Positions 10,042 through 24,696 of a stretch of DNA of 64,000 nucleotides are shown in pieces. The notes beneath the pieces are model-generated. The model worked only from the letters and a program-made list of their open reading frames with translations. It did no database searches and was not told the DNA's origin. The stretch is from the NCBI RefSeq assembly GCF_045690325.1, contig NZ_CP146981.1, positions 1,044,853 through 1,108,852 of the forward strand. The letters are read 5' to 3'. The translations under genes were made by a program, and so were the position numbers. Each line of letters begins with the position of its first letter. The stretch's first letter is position 1. Source of the DNA: Methanolobus sp. WCC5. GTDB lineage: Archaea; Halobacteriota; Methanosarcinia; Methanosarcinales; Methanosarcinaceae.

Positions 10042-11013
10042 ATGGCTAGCGACCTGAATTCAAGGGACCTGTCGCAAACGTACAAAATGGCCGGCGATAT
10101 GTTTGCAACGCTTTTCAATGAGATCGGAAAGGTAGTTGTCGGCCAGAAAGCTTCAGTGGAACAGATAATCATTGCAATACTCTGTAACGGGCATGCACTG
10201 GTAGAGAGTAACCCCGGTCTTGGAAAGACACTGACAATTTCCACAATATCTAAATCAATGGACCTGAACTTCAGCAGGATACAGTGTACTCCGGACCTCA
10301 TGCCTGCGGATATTACCGGAACACACATCATAGAGGAAAGTAACGGACACAAAGAGTTCAAGTTTGAGCCCGGGCCCATATTTGCAAACATAGTGCTTGC
10401 CGATGAGATCAACCGTGCCTCCCCAAAGACACAATCAGCATTACTTGAGGCGATGCAGGAGAAGCAGATAACTGTGGGCAACGACACTTTCATGCTTGAA
10501 CAGCCTTTCTTCATTCTGGCAACCCAGAACCCCATTGAAATGGAAGGTACCTTCCCGCTTCCTGAAGCGCAGCTTGACAGGTTCCTGCTCAAGATCCTTG
10601 TGGATTATCCAAGCTATGAGGATGAGATAGAGATAGTGAACCGCTACACACGGTCCATTATGCCTTCTGTCGCAAAGGTGGTCAATAAGAACACGCTCCT
10701 GGACCTGCAGAAACTGACAAGGGATGTGCCTGTGGCAGAGGACATAAGGAACAGGGCTATCAAGATAGTCATGTCAACGCGTATAAAAAGTGAGTTCATA
10801 GAATATGGTGCTTCCCCAAGGGCATCAATAGGTATCATTCTTGCGGCAAAGGCGCGTGCATTGATACAGGGACGCAATTATGTAAGTGCAGAGGATATTG
10901 ATGCCATGGCATACCCGGTGCTCAGACACAGGATAGTACTTACCTTTGAGGCTGAAAGAAGGGGAATAAGCACTGACCAGGTCATAAAGAGCATCGTTGA
11001 GAAGATAAGGTAA
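10042..11013 (+). CDS. MoxR-family AAA+ ATPase
   Basis: Walker A SNPGLGKT, Walker B LADEINRA, and overall MoxR length and architecture. Confidence 0.9.
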   Translation: MASDLNSRDLSQTYKMAGDMFATLFNEIGKVVVGQKASVEQIIIAILCNGHALVESNPGLGKTLTISTISKSMDLNFSRIQCTPDLMPADITGTHIIEESNGHKEFKFEPGPIFANIVLADEINRASPKTQSALLEAMQEKQITVGNDTFMLEQPFFILATQNPIEMEGTFPLPEAQLDRFLLKILVDYPSYEDEIEIVNRYTRSIMPSVAKVVNKNTLLDLQKLTRDVPVAEDIRNRAIKIVMSTRIKSEFIEYGASPRASIGIILAAKARALIQGRNYVSAEDIDAMAYPVLRHRIVLTFEAERRGISTDQVIKSIVEKIR

Positions 11014-11058
11014 AAATAAAAAGGCAGCATTGCCCGCAAACTCATACAGGCACTTGCA

Positions 11059-11943
11059 ATGAGCGATAAGAGACATAACATCGATATCGATTTCTTCAGG
11101 CAGCTTGACCGCTTCACCTTTATGGTAAGGAAAAGAGTGTCAACTGCGTATGCCGGCAGCAGACGCTCTGTCCATAGCGGAAAAGGACTTGATACCATCG
11201 GCTACCGGGAATACAACCCTGGAGATGAACTAAGGTCTGTGGACTGGAAAGCCTATGCCCGGTCGGAGAAACTCTATGTGCGCCAGTTCGAGGAAGATAA
11301 GTCCCTGACAACACATATACTGCTGGATTCCAGCAAAAGTATGGATTATAGCGGAGGGGAGGACCCCAGCAAGTTCGAGTATGCAACAATGCTTGCAGCC
11401 GGTTTTGCATATCTTGTTACCAAGGACAACGACAAGTTCGCCATATCCACCTTTGCAGAGGATATCGACATAAAAAAACCCAGGAGAGGAAGGAAGTACC
11501 TCCTCAAAACCATAGAAAGTCTTGAAACTGTTAAGGTAGGAGGGAAGACGGCCATCAATGAGTGCACCATCCAGTACGGCAAAGCCATTCATTCACGTTC
11601 GCTTGTTATCATTATCTCGGATTTCCTCCAGGATCAAAAAGAGATAGAATCTGCAATCTTCCGTTTTGCTGATCATGACCTGATACTTATCCAGGTACTT
11701 GACAGGACTGAAAGTTCCCTTGTAATTCACGGCCACAGCAGGCTAATAGACCTTGAGTCCGGGGTCAAGCTGGACACCTACATCAGTGAAGACCTCAAAA
11801 ACGAATACAAGGACAAACTCACAGAGCATATCAACCACATCAGCGATACCTGCAGCAGGGTTGGGGCCGAATTCTATACGTTCACAACAGACATCCCTGT
11901 CTTTGATGCGTTCTTCAACACAATAAGCAGGAGGAGATGGTAA
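11059..11943 (+). CDS. DUF58 domain protein (MoxR partner, vWA-like)
   Basis: Region G..GxEF..REY.PGDExR.VDW...AR..K..V..FEE is typical of DUF58. Located directly downstream of MoxR. Confidence 0.85.
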   Translation: MSDKRHNIDIDFFRQLDRFTFMVRKRVSTAYAGSRRSVHSGKGLDTIGYREYNPGDELRSVDWKAYARSEKLYVRQFEEDKSLTTHILLDSSKSMDYSGGEDPSKFEYATMLAAGFAYLVTKDNDKFAISTFAEDIDIKKPRRGRKYLLKTIESLETVKVGGKTAINECTIQYGKAIHSRSLVIIISDFLQDQKEIESAIFRFADHDLILIQVLDRTESSLVIHGHSRLIDLESGVKLDTYISEDLKNEYKDKLTEHINHISDTCSRVGAEFYTFTTDIPVFDAFFNTISRRRW

Positions 11944-13814
11944 TGCCCTTTGATAATCCTCTTGCCCTTGCTGCACTTGCAAGCGTCATACCACTGATAA
12001 TACTCTACCTCCTCAGGCCAAAGCCGTTGCAGGTCCGTATTCCCTCACTTATGTTCCTGCTGGATATAAAGGAGGAAAATAAACGTTTCTACACATCTAT
12101 TACAAAGCTTATCAAGGATCCGCTTTTCCTCATACAGCTACTGGTACTCATCCTGCTCGCCCTTGCAGCAGCTTCGCCCTACTTGCAGACACAGGAAGCA
12201 CTTAGCGGGGAGCACACGGTCCTTATCATTGACGGCTCTGCAAGTATGCAGACCGACAACAGGTTCAGTGAAGCGGTTTCAAAGGCAGAGGATTATGTAA
12301 GCAGGAAGAACAGCATAATCCTTGCCCAGAGTACTCCTGTAACGGTCCTGGAGAGCGAAAGTGCCCAGGTTGCCTATGAAACCCTTGCTTTAATGCAAGC
12401 AAAGGCAACCGTTGCAGACCTGTCCGGTGCAATTTCAGCAGGTATGAGAATGCTCTCTGAAGAGGGAGGGAATATAGTTTTAATATCTGACCTTGCCAGC
12501 TGGAGCGGTGATGACCCGGTCAATGCCATGAAACTGGCAGAATCATATGGCCTTACAGTCCAGTTCATCCTTGTTGGCAGGGAAGCTGACAATGTAGGTT
12601 TTATCCAGGGGAGCATTGAGGCAATCAATGGCAGTTATAACTACACCGCAGTTGTGAAGAACTATCAGAGCAGCAGGCAGATAATTGATATTGAGATAGA
12701 GAACCTTGATAGCGGTAAGAAGAATACGGTCCAGCCGAACATTCCTGCACGCTCCACAAAACAGATCACGCTTGGGAATCTGGGATCCGGCATAACCGAG
12801 GTGAGGATACTGGATGAAGACAGCCTGGCGGCAGATAACATCGCATACATATCGATTCCCAGGATATCCGACAGGAGATTGCTCTATGTCAGTGATGTTG
12901 ACAACCTGCCTTCACAGGTGGCGCTGTCACTGATACCCAATATCAACCTCAATAAGCTTGAAGGAGTGCCTGAGGACGTATCAGGGTACAGTATCGTGGT
13001 CATTGCCAATAAGGAAAGATCACTTGCAAGCAATGAGATATCCACACTCAAAAGCTATCTGGACATGGGCGGAAGGGCGATATTCATAGGCAGTGATGCA
13101 CTTTTAACGGCAAATACAAATCAGGAACTTGCAGAACTGCTCCCGGTCAGGCCGGTTTCCGTTGAGGATACCAGGGGTGTGACCCTGGAAGTTGTCCAGC
13201 AGACAAGGCTGAGTGAGGATATAGAATTCAACGAGGTTGCCATGTACCAGTTCCTTAACGTCACATCAAGGATGGATTCCGCAACCCTTGTTTCCACTGA
13301 AGAGGATATTCCCGTACTCACATATGGTTCTGTGGGTGACGGGACCGTGGTGTATTTCGGGATAAATGATATTACAGGAGAGGAGGCCTGGAACAATTTC
13401 CACAACCTTCCTGAATATCCGGTATTCTGGTTCAAGCTGGCCGGATGGCTTGGAGGCACCGGCGGCGTGCAGGACTATAACCTTAAGACCGGAACGGTCT
13501 CTGTACTGGCAAAAGAACAGGAGATAAAAACCCCTGGCAGCATCCGGACAGTGGGTCGGGTCCTTTATGATGAAGTTGGCGTCTACCAGGTAGCCGGGAA
13601 GGAGATAGCTGTGAACATCTATAATGACAGGGAATCCGACACTACCCTGATAGGCAATAACGTAATAGAACGCTCACAGACACAGGACGGGCCAAAGATA
13701 GTACGTGCCAGTTCCTATACTGCAAAGGAATACCTGGACAATTACATGATAATCATTGTTTTTGCACTTGTCATACTTGAACTGCTCATCATACGCAAGA
13801 GAGGTGAGCTCTGA
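11937..13814 (+). CDS. BatA-like membrane protein with vWA domain
   Basis: N-terminal aerotolerance-regulator-type TM segment (LIILYLLRPKP), a vWA DxSxS-type motif (LIIDGSASMQ), and a C-terminal TM helix. Confidence 0.7.
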   Translation: MVMPFDNPLALAALASVIPLIILYLLRPKPLQVRIPSLMFLLDIKEENKRFYTSITKLIKDPLFLIQLLVLILLALAAASPYLQTQEALSGEHTVLIIDGSASMQTDNRFSEAVSKAEDYVSRKNSIILAQSTPVTVLESESAQVAYETLALMQAKATVADLSGAISAGMRMLSEEGGNIVLISDLASWSGDDPVNAMKLAESYGLTVQFILVGREADNVGFIQGSIEAINGSYNYTAVVKNYQSSRQIIDIEIENLDSGKKNTVQPNIPARSTKQITLGNLGSGITEVRILDEDSLAADNIAYISIPRISDRRLLYVSDVDNLPSQVALSLIPNINLNKLEGVPEDVSGYSIVVIANKERSLASNEISTLKSYLDMGGRAIFIGSDALLTANTNQELAELLPVRPVSVEDTRGVTLEVVQQTRLSEDIEFNEVAMYQFLNVTSRMDSATLVSTEEDIPVLTYGSVGDGTVVYFGINDITGEEAWNNFHNLPEYPVFWFKLAGWLGGTGGVQDYNLKTGTVSVLAKEQEIKTPGSIRTVGRVLYDEVGVYQVAGKEIAVNIYNDRESDTTLIGNNVIERSQTQDGPKIVRASSYTAKEYLDNYMIIIVFALVILELLIIRKRGEL

Positions 13815-16261
13815 TGGTCAGGTTCGAGAGTCCCGAGTTACTGTGGCTGATAGTTCCCGCGATTATCGCAGGTCTTTACCTGATGAGAAAAAAGAAACAG
13901 AAGATGCTTATCCTTTCACGCATAATTGTTGCTGTGCTTCTCATCGTAGCCCTGGCATCCCCCTTCACCATCGTTCCAAGGATCACTACCGATGAAAATC
14001 CCAACCTTGTTATAATCTCTGATGAAACAGACAGCATGAACCTCTTCAGGAACGGCACCGCATCGGAACTTTACGAGGCCATGACCGCAAGGACCCCAAC
14101 ATCACTTGTCAGGCTCACCGGGGATAGCACTGCACTTGGGGATGCCATTGTGCAGTATTCCACAGGGGATAACCAGATAGTACTCGTCACCGACGGTAAC
14201 AGCAACCGCGGAGAGGATCTTGAGGATGCCCTGAAGTTTTCAAAAGAGACAGGTACCACCGTGTACTATGTACAGCCCGAACTGGAGGCAAACGATCTGA
14301 GCGTGAGGATCGAAGGTGATAAGACCGTAATTTTAAACAATGAGAACCAGTTCGAGATAGTAGTCTCACAGGCCATGGAGCAGACTGTGACATACAGTTA
14401 CGAATTATACCTGGATGACACCCTCTACAGTAGTCGCACTATCACCCAGGAGGAACGAGAGAGAAGAATAACAGTGCCCCAGATCAGATTCTCCAGACTT
14501 GGAGCTCACACCCTGAAAGCTGTCATCAGACCTTCCGGCTCAGATACCGATGAGATAAATAATGTGTTCTATAAATCCATCTATGCGATCCCAAAACCCA
14601 GGATACGTGCAATAGGCCTGGAAACCAATTCCCCGCTGGCAAATATTCTCCAGAACCTCTACGATGTATCTGCTTCAGGAAAATTTGAGAATATAGATAG
14701 CAGAAAAGCAATAGTAATAGATAACACACATGCCAACTCGTTCACACAGCAAGACGTGGAACTGCTAAGGAACTATCTCAATGACGGAAAAGGGATTGTA
14801 GTAGTGGGAGGCGATCGCTCCTACAACTTCGGGGACTATCTGGATTCACCCATTGAAGAGATACTGCCTGTCTATTCAAGGCCCACAGACTGGAGTGGCG
14901 GCAGGAATGTCGTGCTTGTACTGGACATATCACAAAGTACCACTGCCCACGGGACAATTGGAGATATACTGGGAAACGCCATCAATATACTTTACGATGA
15001 GAATCTCCGGGATGCTTATCTGGGAGTGATCGCTTTTGGAAGTGAAGGGACCGATGTATCCGATGGTCTGCAGTTCCTTGGAACTGCATCAAATATCGAA
15101 TCCCTGAGGTCCGAACTGGAGTCACTTGCCCCCACAGCCACAAGTGAGACCTCTCTTGACCAGGGACTTGCAATTGCAGAAGAGTGGCTGGAAAATGAAG
15201 TAGGGGAACTTGAAATAATAATAATATCCGACGGTGGTATAGAACAATCATATGACCAGAGTCTTGATATCGCTGAAAAAATTGTTGGCAGCGGGGTCAA
15301 TCTTTATTACATACACATCCGGTCAAGTGCACCTTCCCAATATGACCAGTATGGGAACAGATATGCTGAAGTGTTAATGGATGAAGTCGGTGGTGTATAT
15401 TTCCATCTGCAACAGGGGGAAAGGGCGAACATAGAATTCGAGAACATCCAGCAGACACCTGACGAAGAAACTTCAGAGCCTGGAACTTATCCGCTAATTG
15501 AGCTCAATACCAGGCACTTCATCACACAGAACATTGACATAGAGGGAAGTATCACCGGCTACAATGACGTCACACCAAAGGCAGGGGCAGACCGGGTCAT
15601 AATCACCAGTACCGGGAAACCTGTGCTTACAACATGGAGATACGGGCTTGGAAGAGTGGCCGCCCTGACAACGGATAACGGTCAGGGAGGAGAGAATATG
15701 TGGGCCACACAGCTGTACTCGGGAAATAATTCAAGGCTCATATCCTCAACCATTAACTGGGCTATCGGCAATCCCAGGGAAGAGACAGGAGCTGTTGTGG
15801 AAGCACCTGACACATGGTACGGTACGCCTGTCACCATCGAACTGACCATGTATGACCAGGGCATACCCACCCTGCGACTTAATGGCGATGAGCTTGACCT
15901 GTCACTTACAGGAACAAATGTCTATGAAGCCGTGATAGATCCAAGCCCCATAGGCATCCATGACCTTTCCGGATATCCGGTGGCTGTGAACTATGCCCTG
16001 GAATACAGGGACCCGGGTCTTAACGGGAACCTTCCGGGCCTGATCAAAGCATACGGAGGGAACACCTATTCAGTAAATGAAGCAAGGGCCCTTCTGTTTG
16101 AGGAAGCAAAGGGAAATTCCGAAAAACTTGTGCGTGACAGGGTAAGCCAGAAGATATACTTCCTGCTTGCCGCCCTTCTGATATTCCTTGGAGAGGTGAT
16201 CATCAGGAGGATAAAAGAGATCAGGGAAATGAAGAAACTGGAGCAGGAGATCAGGACGTGA
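13814..16261 (+). CDS. BatB-like vWA-domain membrane protein
   Basis: N-terminal TM/LLR-type segment, a vWA motif (VLVLDISQSTT), and a C-terminal TM helix. Start codon overlaps the upstream stop. Confidence 0.65.
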   Translation: MVRFESPELLWLIVPAIIAGLYLMRKKKQKMLILSRIIVAVLLIVALASPFTIVPRITTDENPNLVIISDETDSMNLFRNGTASELYEAMTARTPTSLVRLTGDSTALGDAIVQYSTGDNQIVLVTDGNSNRGEDLEDALKFSKETGTTVYYVQPELEANDLSVRIEGDKTVILNNENQFEIVVSQAMEQTVTYSYELYLDDTLYSSRTITQEERERRITVPQIRFSRLGAHTLKAVIRPSGSDTDEINNVFYKSIYAIPKPRIRAIGLETNSPLANILQNLYDVSASGKFENIDSRKAIVIDNTHANSFTQQDVELLRNYLNDGKGIVVVGGDRSYNFGDYLDSPIEEILPVYSRPTDWSGGRNVVLVLDISQSTTAHGTIGDILGNAINILYDENLRDAYLGVIAFGSEGTDVSDGLQFLGTASNIESLRSELESLAPTATSETSLDQGLAIAEEWLENEVGELEIIIISDGGIEQSYDQSLDIAEKIVGSGVNLYYIHIRSSAPSQYDQYGNRYAEVLMDEVGGVYFHLQQGERANIEFENIQQTPDEETSEPGTYPLIELNTRHFITQNIDIEGSITGYNDVTPKAGADRVIITSTGKPVLTTWRYGLGRVAALTTDNGQGGENMWATQLYSGNNSRLISSTINWAIGNPREETGAVVEAPDTWYGTPVTIELTMYDQGIPTLRLNGDELDLSLTGTNVYEAVIDPSPIGIHDLSGYPVAVNYALEYRDPGLNGNLPGLIKAYGGNTYSVNEARALLFEEAKGNSEKLVRDRVSQKIYFLLAALLIFLGEVIIRRIKEIREMKKLEQEIRT

Positions 16262-16539
16262 ACTCTTTTAGAATATGTACCAAGCAACGAGGCAATGGAC
16301 AAGTGACAGAACTGTGTCCATCCCTGTGCTTCCAGGAAAAATCAAATTAAGATTCTGGCAGGTTTTTCTACCTTTTCAAATCAATGACATTATCCTGATC
16401 TTGTGCGCTTTTAAACTGATTAAGCGAAGATTGCACATAGTATTCATCCCAGGAACCGCATTACCCCACATATAACTTGCAGTAATATTAATCACTGCAG
16501 ATATGCAAAACTTTATATAAAACTACACCAATTAGATAA

Positions 16540-19394
<2,855 letters not shown>

Positions 19395-19426
19395 TGCTGT
19401 TGATACATAATCTCCTTTTGTAACCG

Positions 19427-19463
19427 TTTTCTTTCTTTCTTTCTTTCTTTCTTTCTTTTTTAT
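19427..19463. repeat. (CTTT)n / (TTTC)n microsatellite, about 8 units
   Basis: The string ttttctttctttctttctttctttctttctttttt is directly visible, immediately downstream of metX. Confidence 0.9.
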
Positions 19464-19624
19464 CCACTTTTGATCATGCATGTAGCCTTTTTTATCTTGC
19501 TTGTAACCTTTTGATCTGTTTTTAGCACGGTACTTTCATTATTTTATGCTAAACGTCAGTACTTACAATCCTTTATATACAGCTGACATATAACTACAGT
19601 ACTGCCAAATAATAGAGGTATCAT

Positions 19625-19984
19625 ATGGTAGATTTTGCGTGTAAAGAGTTTGAGATCGAAGCTGTAATCAAGTGTGGCCTGAACCTTACAAAGGCTGAAC
19701 TTCATATATTGAAATACTTCCTTCAATATGGACAGGAATGGCTCACAACAGAAGCTATTGCAGAAGAGCTTGAACTGAACCTTTCAACTGTGCAGCGAAG
19801 CGTTAAGAAACTCTATGAAAGAAAGATACTCATCCGTTCCCAGAACAACATGGATGGAGGAGGATACTTCTTTGTCTACAGGATCCGAAGCAAGAAGGAC
19901 ATCCATGCACTTATAATGGAGATCGTGAACAGCTGGGTCAAAAGGGTGGACAGCGAACTGCAGTCATGGGCAGATGAAAACTAA
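19625..19984 (+). CDS. Putative winged-HTH transcriptional regulator
   Basis: 119 aa. The TEAIAEELELNLSTVQRSVKKLYERKILIR segment resembles MarR/TrmB-type wHTH. Confidence 0.5.
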   Translation: MVDFACKEFEIEAVIKCGLNLTKAELHILKYFLQYGQEWLTTEAIAEELELNLSTVQRSVKKLYERKILIRSQNNMDGGGYFFVYRIRSKKDIHALIMEIVNSWVKRVDSELQSWADEN

Positions 19985-20143
19985 TGACATTAACAGTTGA
20001 AATGCCAAAGAGCTATCTGAGGCCATATAGATACAAAATGCACATACATGTAAATGCCAGTCAATAACCGATAATTCATTCCGATAATGCATTTTATTTA
20101 TCAGGACAAAATATCAAAATCACGATCTAAAGAGGAAAATCAT

Positions 20144-20758
20144 ATGCTAAGGATCACACCATATATTGGAATACTTGTCATTATCGTATCAATTGCAGGA
20201 CTCTGGTTCCCGTTGCTTGGATATTTCCTGTTGCTTGTGTTTGCAACACTGCTTATTACAAGCTTCTTCAGAGGGAGATGGTTCTGTGGTAATCTCTGTC
20301 CCAGAGGAAGTTTCAACGATTTCTGGGTAGGGAAGATCACACGAAACAGGAAGATACCGCCAATATTCAGGAGCTTCTGGGTCAGGATTCCCCTGTTTAT
20401 TATGATGATGGGATTTATGGGATACAGACTTCTCAGCACACAGGGACTCATAAACCAGATAGGCATGGTTTTTGTTATAATGTGTCTTGTAACAACGACA
20501 ATTGCACTGATTGCCGGTGCAAGTATCAGTCCGCGCACATGGTGTACATTCTGCCCTATGGGAACCGTACAGAACCTGATAGGCGGACATAAATATCAGC
20601 TGCAGGTTGAAGGATCGAAGTGCATTGACTGTAACAAATGTGAAAAGAGCTGTCCCATGCAGCTTGATGTCCATACCAATAGCATCAGGCCGGACTGTAT
20701 CAAATGCGGAAGATGTATTACAGCATGCCCCACAAATGCACTGTCTTTTAAGGCCTGA
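20144..20758 (+). CDS. Membrane protein with two C-terminal 4Fe-4S ferredoxin-type motifs
   Basis: Several TM helices followed by CIDCNKCEKSCP and CIKCGRCITACP. The ATG at 20144 is preceded by an AGAGGA SD. The track ORF begins earlier at 20087. Confidence 0.6.
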   Translation: MLRITPYIGILVIIVSIAGLWFPLLGYFLLLVFATLLITSFFRGRWFCGNLCPRGSFNDFWVGKITRNRKIPPIFRSFWVRIPLFIMMMGFMGYRLLSTQGLINQIGMVFVIMCLVTTTIALIAGASISPRTWCTFCPMGTVQNLIGGHKYQLQVEGSKCIDCNKCEKSCPMQLDVHTNSIRPDCIKCGRCITACPTNALSFKA

Positions 20759-20816
20759 ATAAGTCCCCTAAAAATTCAGGATATTCCTCTTTTTCCTTTT
20801 TATTATGAATATCGGG

Positions 20817-21392
20817 TCATTTTAGTTCTTCACTGTCCCGGCATATACAAAACTCACAAAATGATATACCGCTTTCTGACTGTTTATCTTTGACAGGACA
20901 ATAGTATTCACTGCCATCCTCACTTATCTTCAACCCTCCCGGAAAGACCATTCCCACCGGATGCAGTGGTTTTCTCAGTATGAATGTGAGATAGATGTGA
21001 ACAATACTGATGAAACGGTTCATAGCATCTTTTTTAGTGTCAGCTGAATCGTTTTTTTCCCGGATTCTGAAAAGAGCTCTCTTATATGCATCACAATCTA
21101 TTTCCTGCTTTACAATTAGTGCATCAGGACAGCGTTTTTTAAGCTCCAGGAAGCTTTCATAAAGAAAAGTAAAATAATCCGATGAATAGATGGTCTTGTA
21201 AGGTTCAGGAACATAGCTCACAGCTTCCATGGCATAAGCCCTTGCAAGACTAATGTCTGCATTGCTGATACCCCTGCTTTCTTTTTGAAGAGCAGTGAGC
21301 AATTCTGATGCGTACATTTCAGAAGACTGGTTCCATCTGATAGTACATAAGTTTTTATCCATCTTTCCCTGATCAGTTGAATTTGTTATCAC
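20817..21392 (-). CDS. Hypothetical Cys-containing protein
   Basis: 191-aa ORF with a C-terminal CPV...CEFCIC cluster. Divergent from the neighbouring genes. No confident family. Confidence 0.4.
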   Translation of the reverse strand: MITNSTDQGKMDKNLCTIRWNQSSEMYASELLTALQKESRGISNADISLARAYAMEAVSYVPEPYKTIYSSDYFTFLYESFLELKKRCPDALIVKQEIDCDAYKRALFRIREKNDSADTKKDAMNRFISIVHIYLTFILRKPLHPVGMVFPGGLKISEDGSEYYCPVKDKQSESGISFCEFCICRDSEELK

Positions 21393-21433
21393 ACAAACAT
21401 TTAATCCATCAGTACCATAGATATTTAACGTAA

Positions 21434-22558
21434 GTGAGAAAGGGATACTACATGAAAATCAGCTTACGGTTATTAACACATTCACTGTTATTGTTTTTAT
21501 TTTTAATGGTATTCATCAACACAGCGGCAGCATTCACCATCGTAGAAAGCGGGGATACGGTTGTCATTGATGGTATTATTGATGATGATGTGATCGTTAC
21601 CGGTGCAAAGGTCATAATTGAAGGAATTGTAAGAGGTGACGTGATAGCTGCCGGTGGCACGGTCCAAGTCAAAGGAACCATAGAAGAAGACCTGATCGTT
21701 GCCGCAGGGAATGTTATTATCAGCGGCACTGTCGGTGACGATATCAGGATTGCAGCAGGCACACTCATAATTGAGGGAGGCGTGCAGGATGATGTGATAG
21801 CAATTGCCGGTGAAACCGTGCTTTCCAATTCAGGGAACATCTCCGGGGACCTTTTAGCCACCACCGGTAAACTCACAATGGAAGGTAAAGTAGGAGAAGA
21901 TCTCACAGGGTCTGCGAAAGAGATCGATATTAAAGGCAGTGTAGGAGGAAATGCGGACCTGAATGCAGAGAAAATAACAATATCGCCAAAAGCCAGTATT
22001 GCTGGCAATCTGGAATACCGAAGCTCTTCCGAAGTTAATATCAAGGAAGGAACTGTTGGAAAGGAGCTTCATTATTACCAGACGGATTACCATGAGAATG
22101 GAGGAATTGCCTCATCCATGATCCGTGGGCTTATTTCCTACCTTGCCCTGGTCCTTATAGGACTCATTGGACTGGCAATATGGCCAAACTACCTGGAGGA
22201 TATTGCTGCAAAGACATCGGAATCACCGGGAAAGGCATTTCTTACCGGACTGCTGGTTACAATAGTCTCGGTCATGATCACATTGCTGCTATTTGTTACC
22301 TTGATAGGTATCCCACTGGGACTCATCCTGCTGATAATTCTGTTAATAATGCTTTATGTTGCAAGGATAATCGCCTCCATATGGATCGGAAGGTACTTGC
22401 TGCTGAAAATAGGCAAGACCTCAAAAACTGTGAATGAAATGGCCTTTGGTCTTCTGGTATTACTTCTTGTCAGTGCGATACCTATAATAGGCGGACTCGT
22501 GTATATTGTTGCAACGCTGATACCTGTGGGTAATATCTACATGAAAGCAAGGCATTGA
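21434..22558 (+). CDS. Bactofilin-like beta-helical repeat protein fused to a C-terminal multi-TM domain
   Basis: Signal/TM segment, then about 8 tandem short repeats (G(D/E)V(I/V).(A/V).G.V.I.G.V.(G/E)D) reminiscent of bactofilin, then 3-4 TM helices. Confidence 0.5.
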   Translation: MRKGYYMKISLRLLTHSLLLFLFLMVFINTAAAFTIVESGDTVVIDGIIDDDVIVTGAKVIIEGIVRGDVIAAGGTVQVKGTIEEDLIVAAGNVIISGTVGDDIRIAAGTLIIEGGVQDDVIAIAGETVLSNSGNISGDLLATTGKLTMEGKVGEDLTGSAKEIDIKGSVGGNADLNAEKITISPKASIAGNLEYRSSSEVNIKEGTVGKELHYYQTDYHENGGIASSMIRGLISYLALVLIGLIGLAIWPNYLEDIAAKTSESPGKAFLTGLLVTIVSVMITLLLFVTLIGIPLGLILLIILLIMLYVARIIASIWIGRYLLLKIGKTSKTVNEMAFGLLVLLLVSAIPIIGGLVYIVATLIPVGNIYMKARH

Positions 22559-22705
22559 CTGTCAATCTTTATTTAAACTTATTTAATCGGAATTATATAA
22601 ACATTTAATAAGCATGAATACATATTAGATGCCGGATGTTTTAGATAAAATAAGAAACGAGAGATGTAAAACAGATATTTCTTAGGCTGTATTCTGAGGG
22701 ACTGA

Positions 22706-24685
<1,980 letters not shown>

Positions 24686-24696
24686 GGTGAGGAAAA

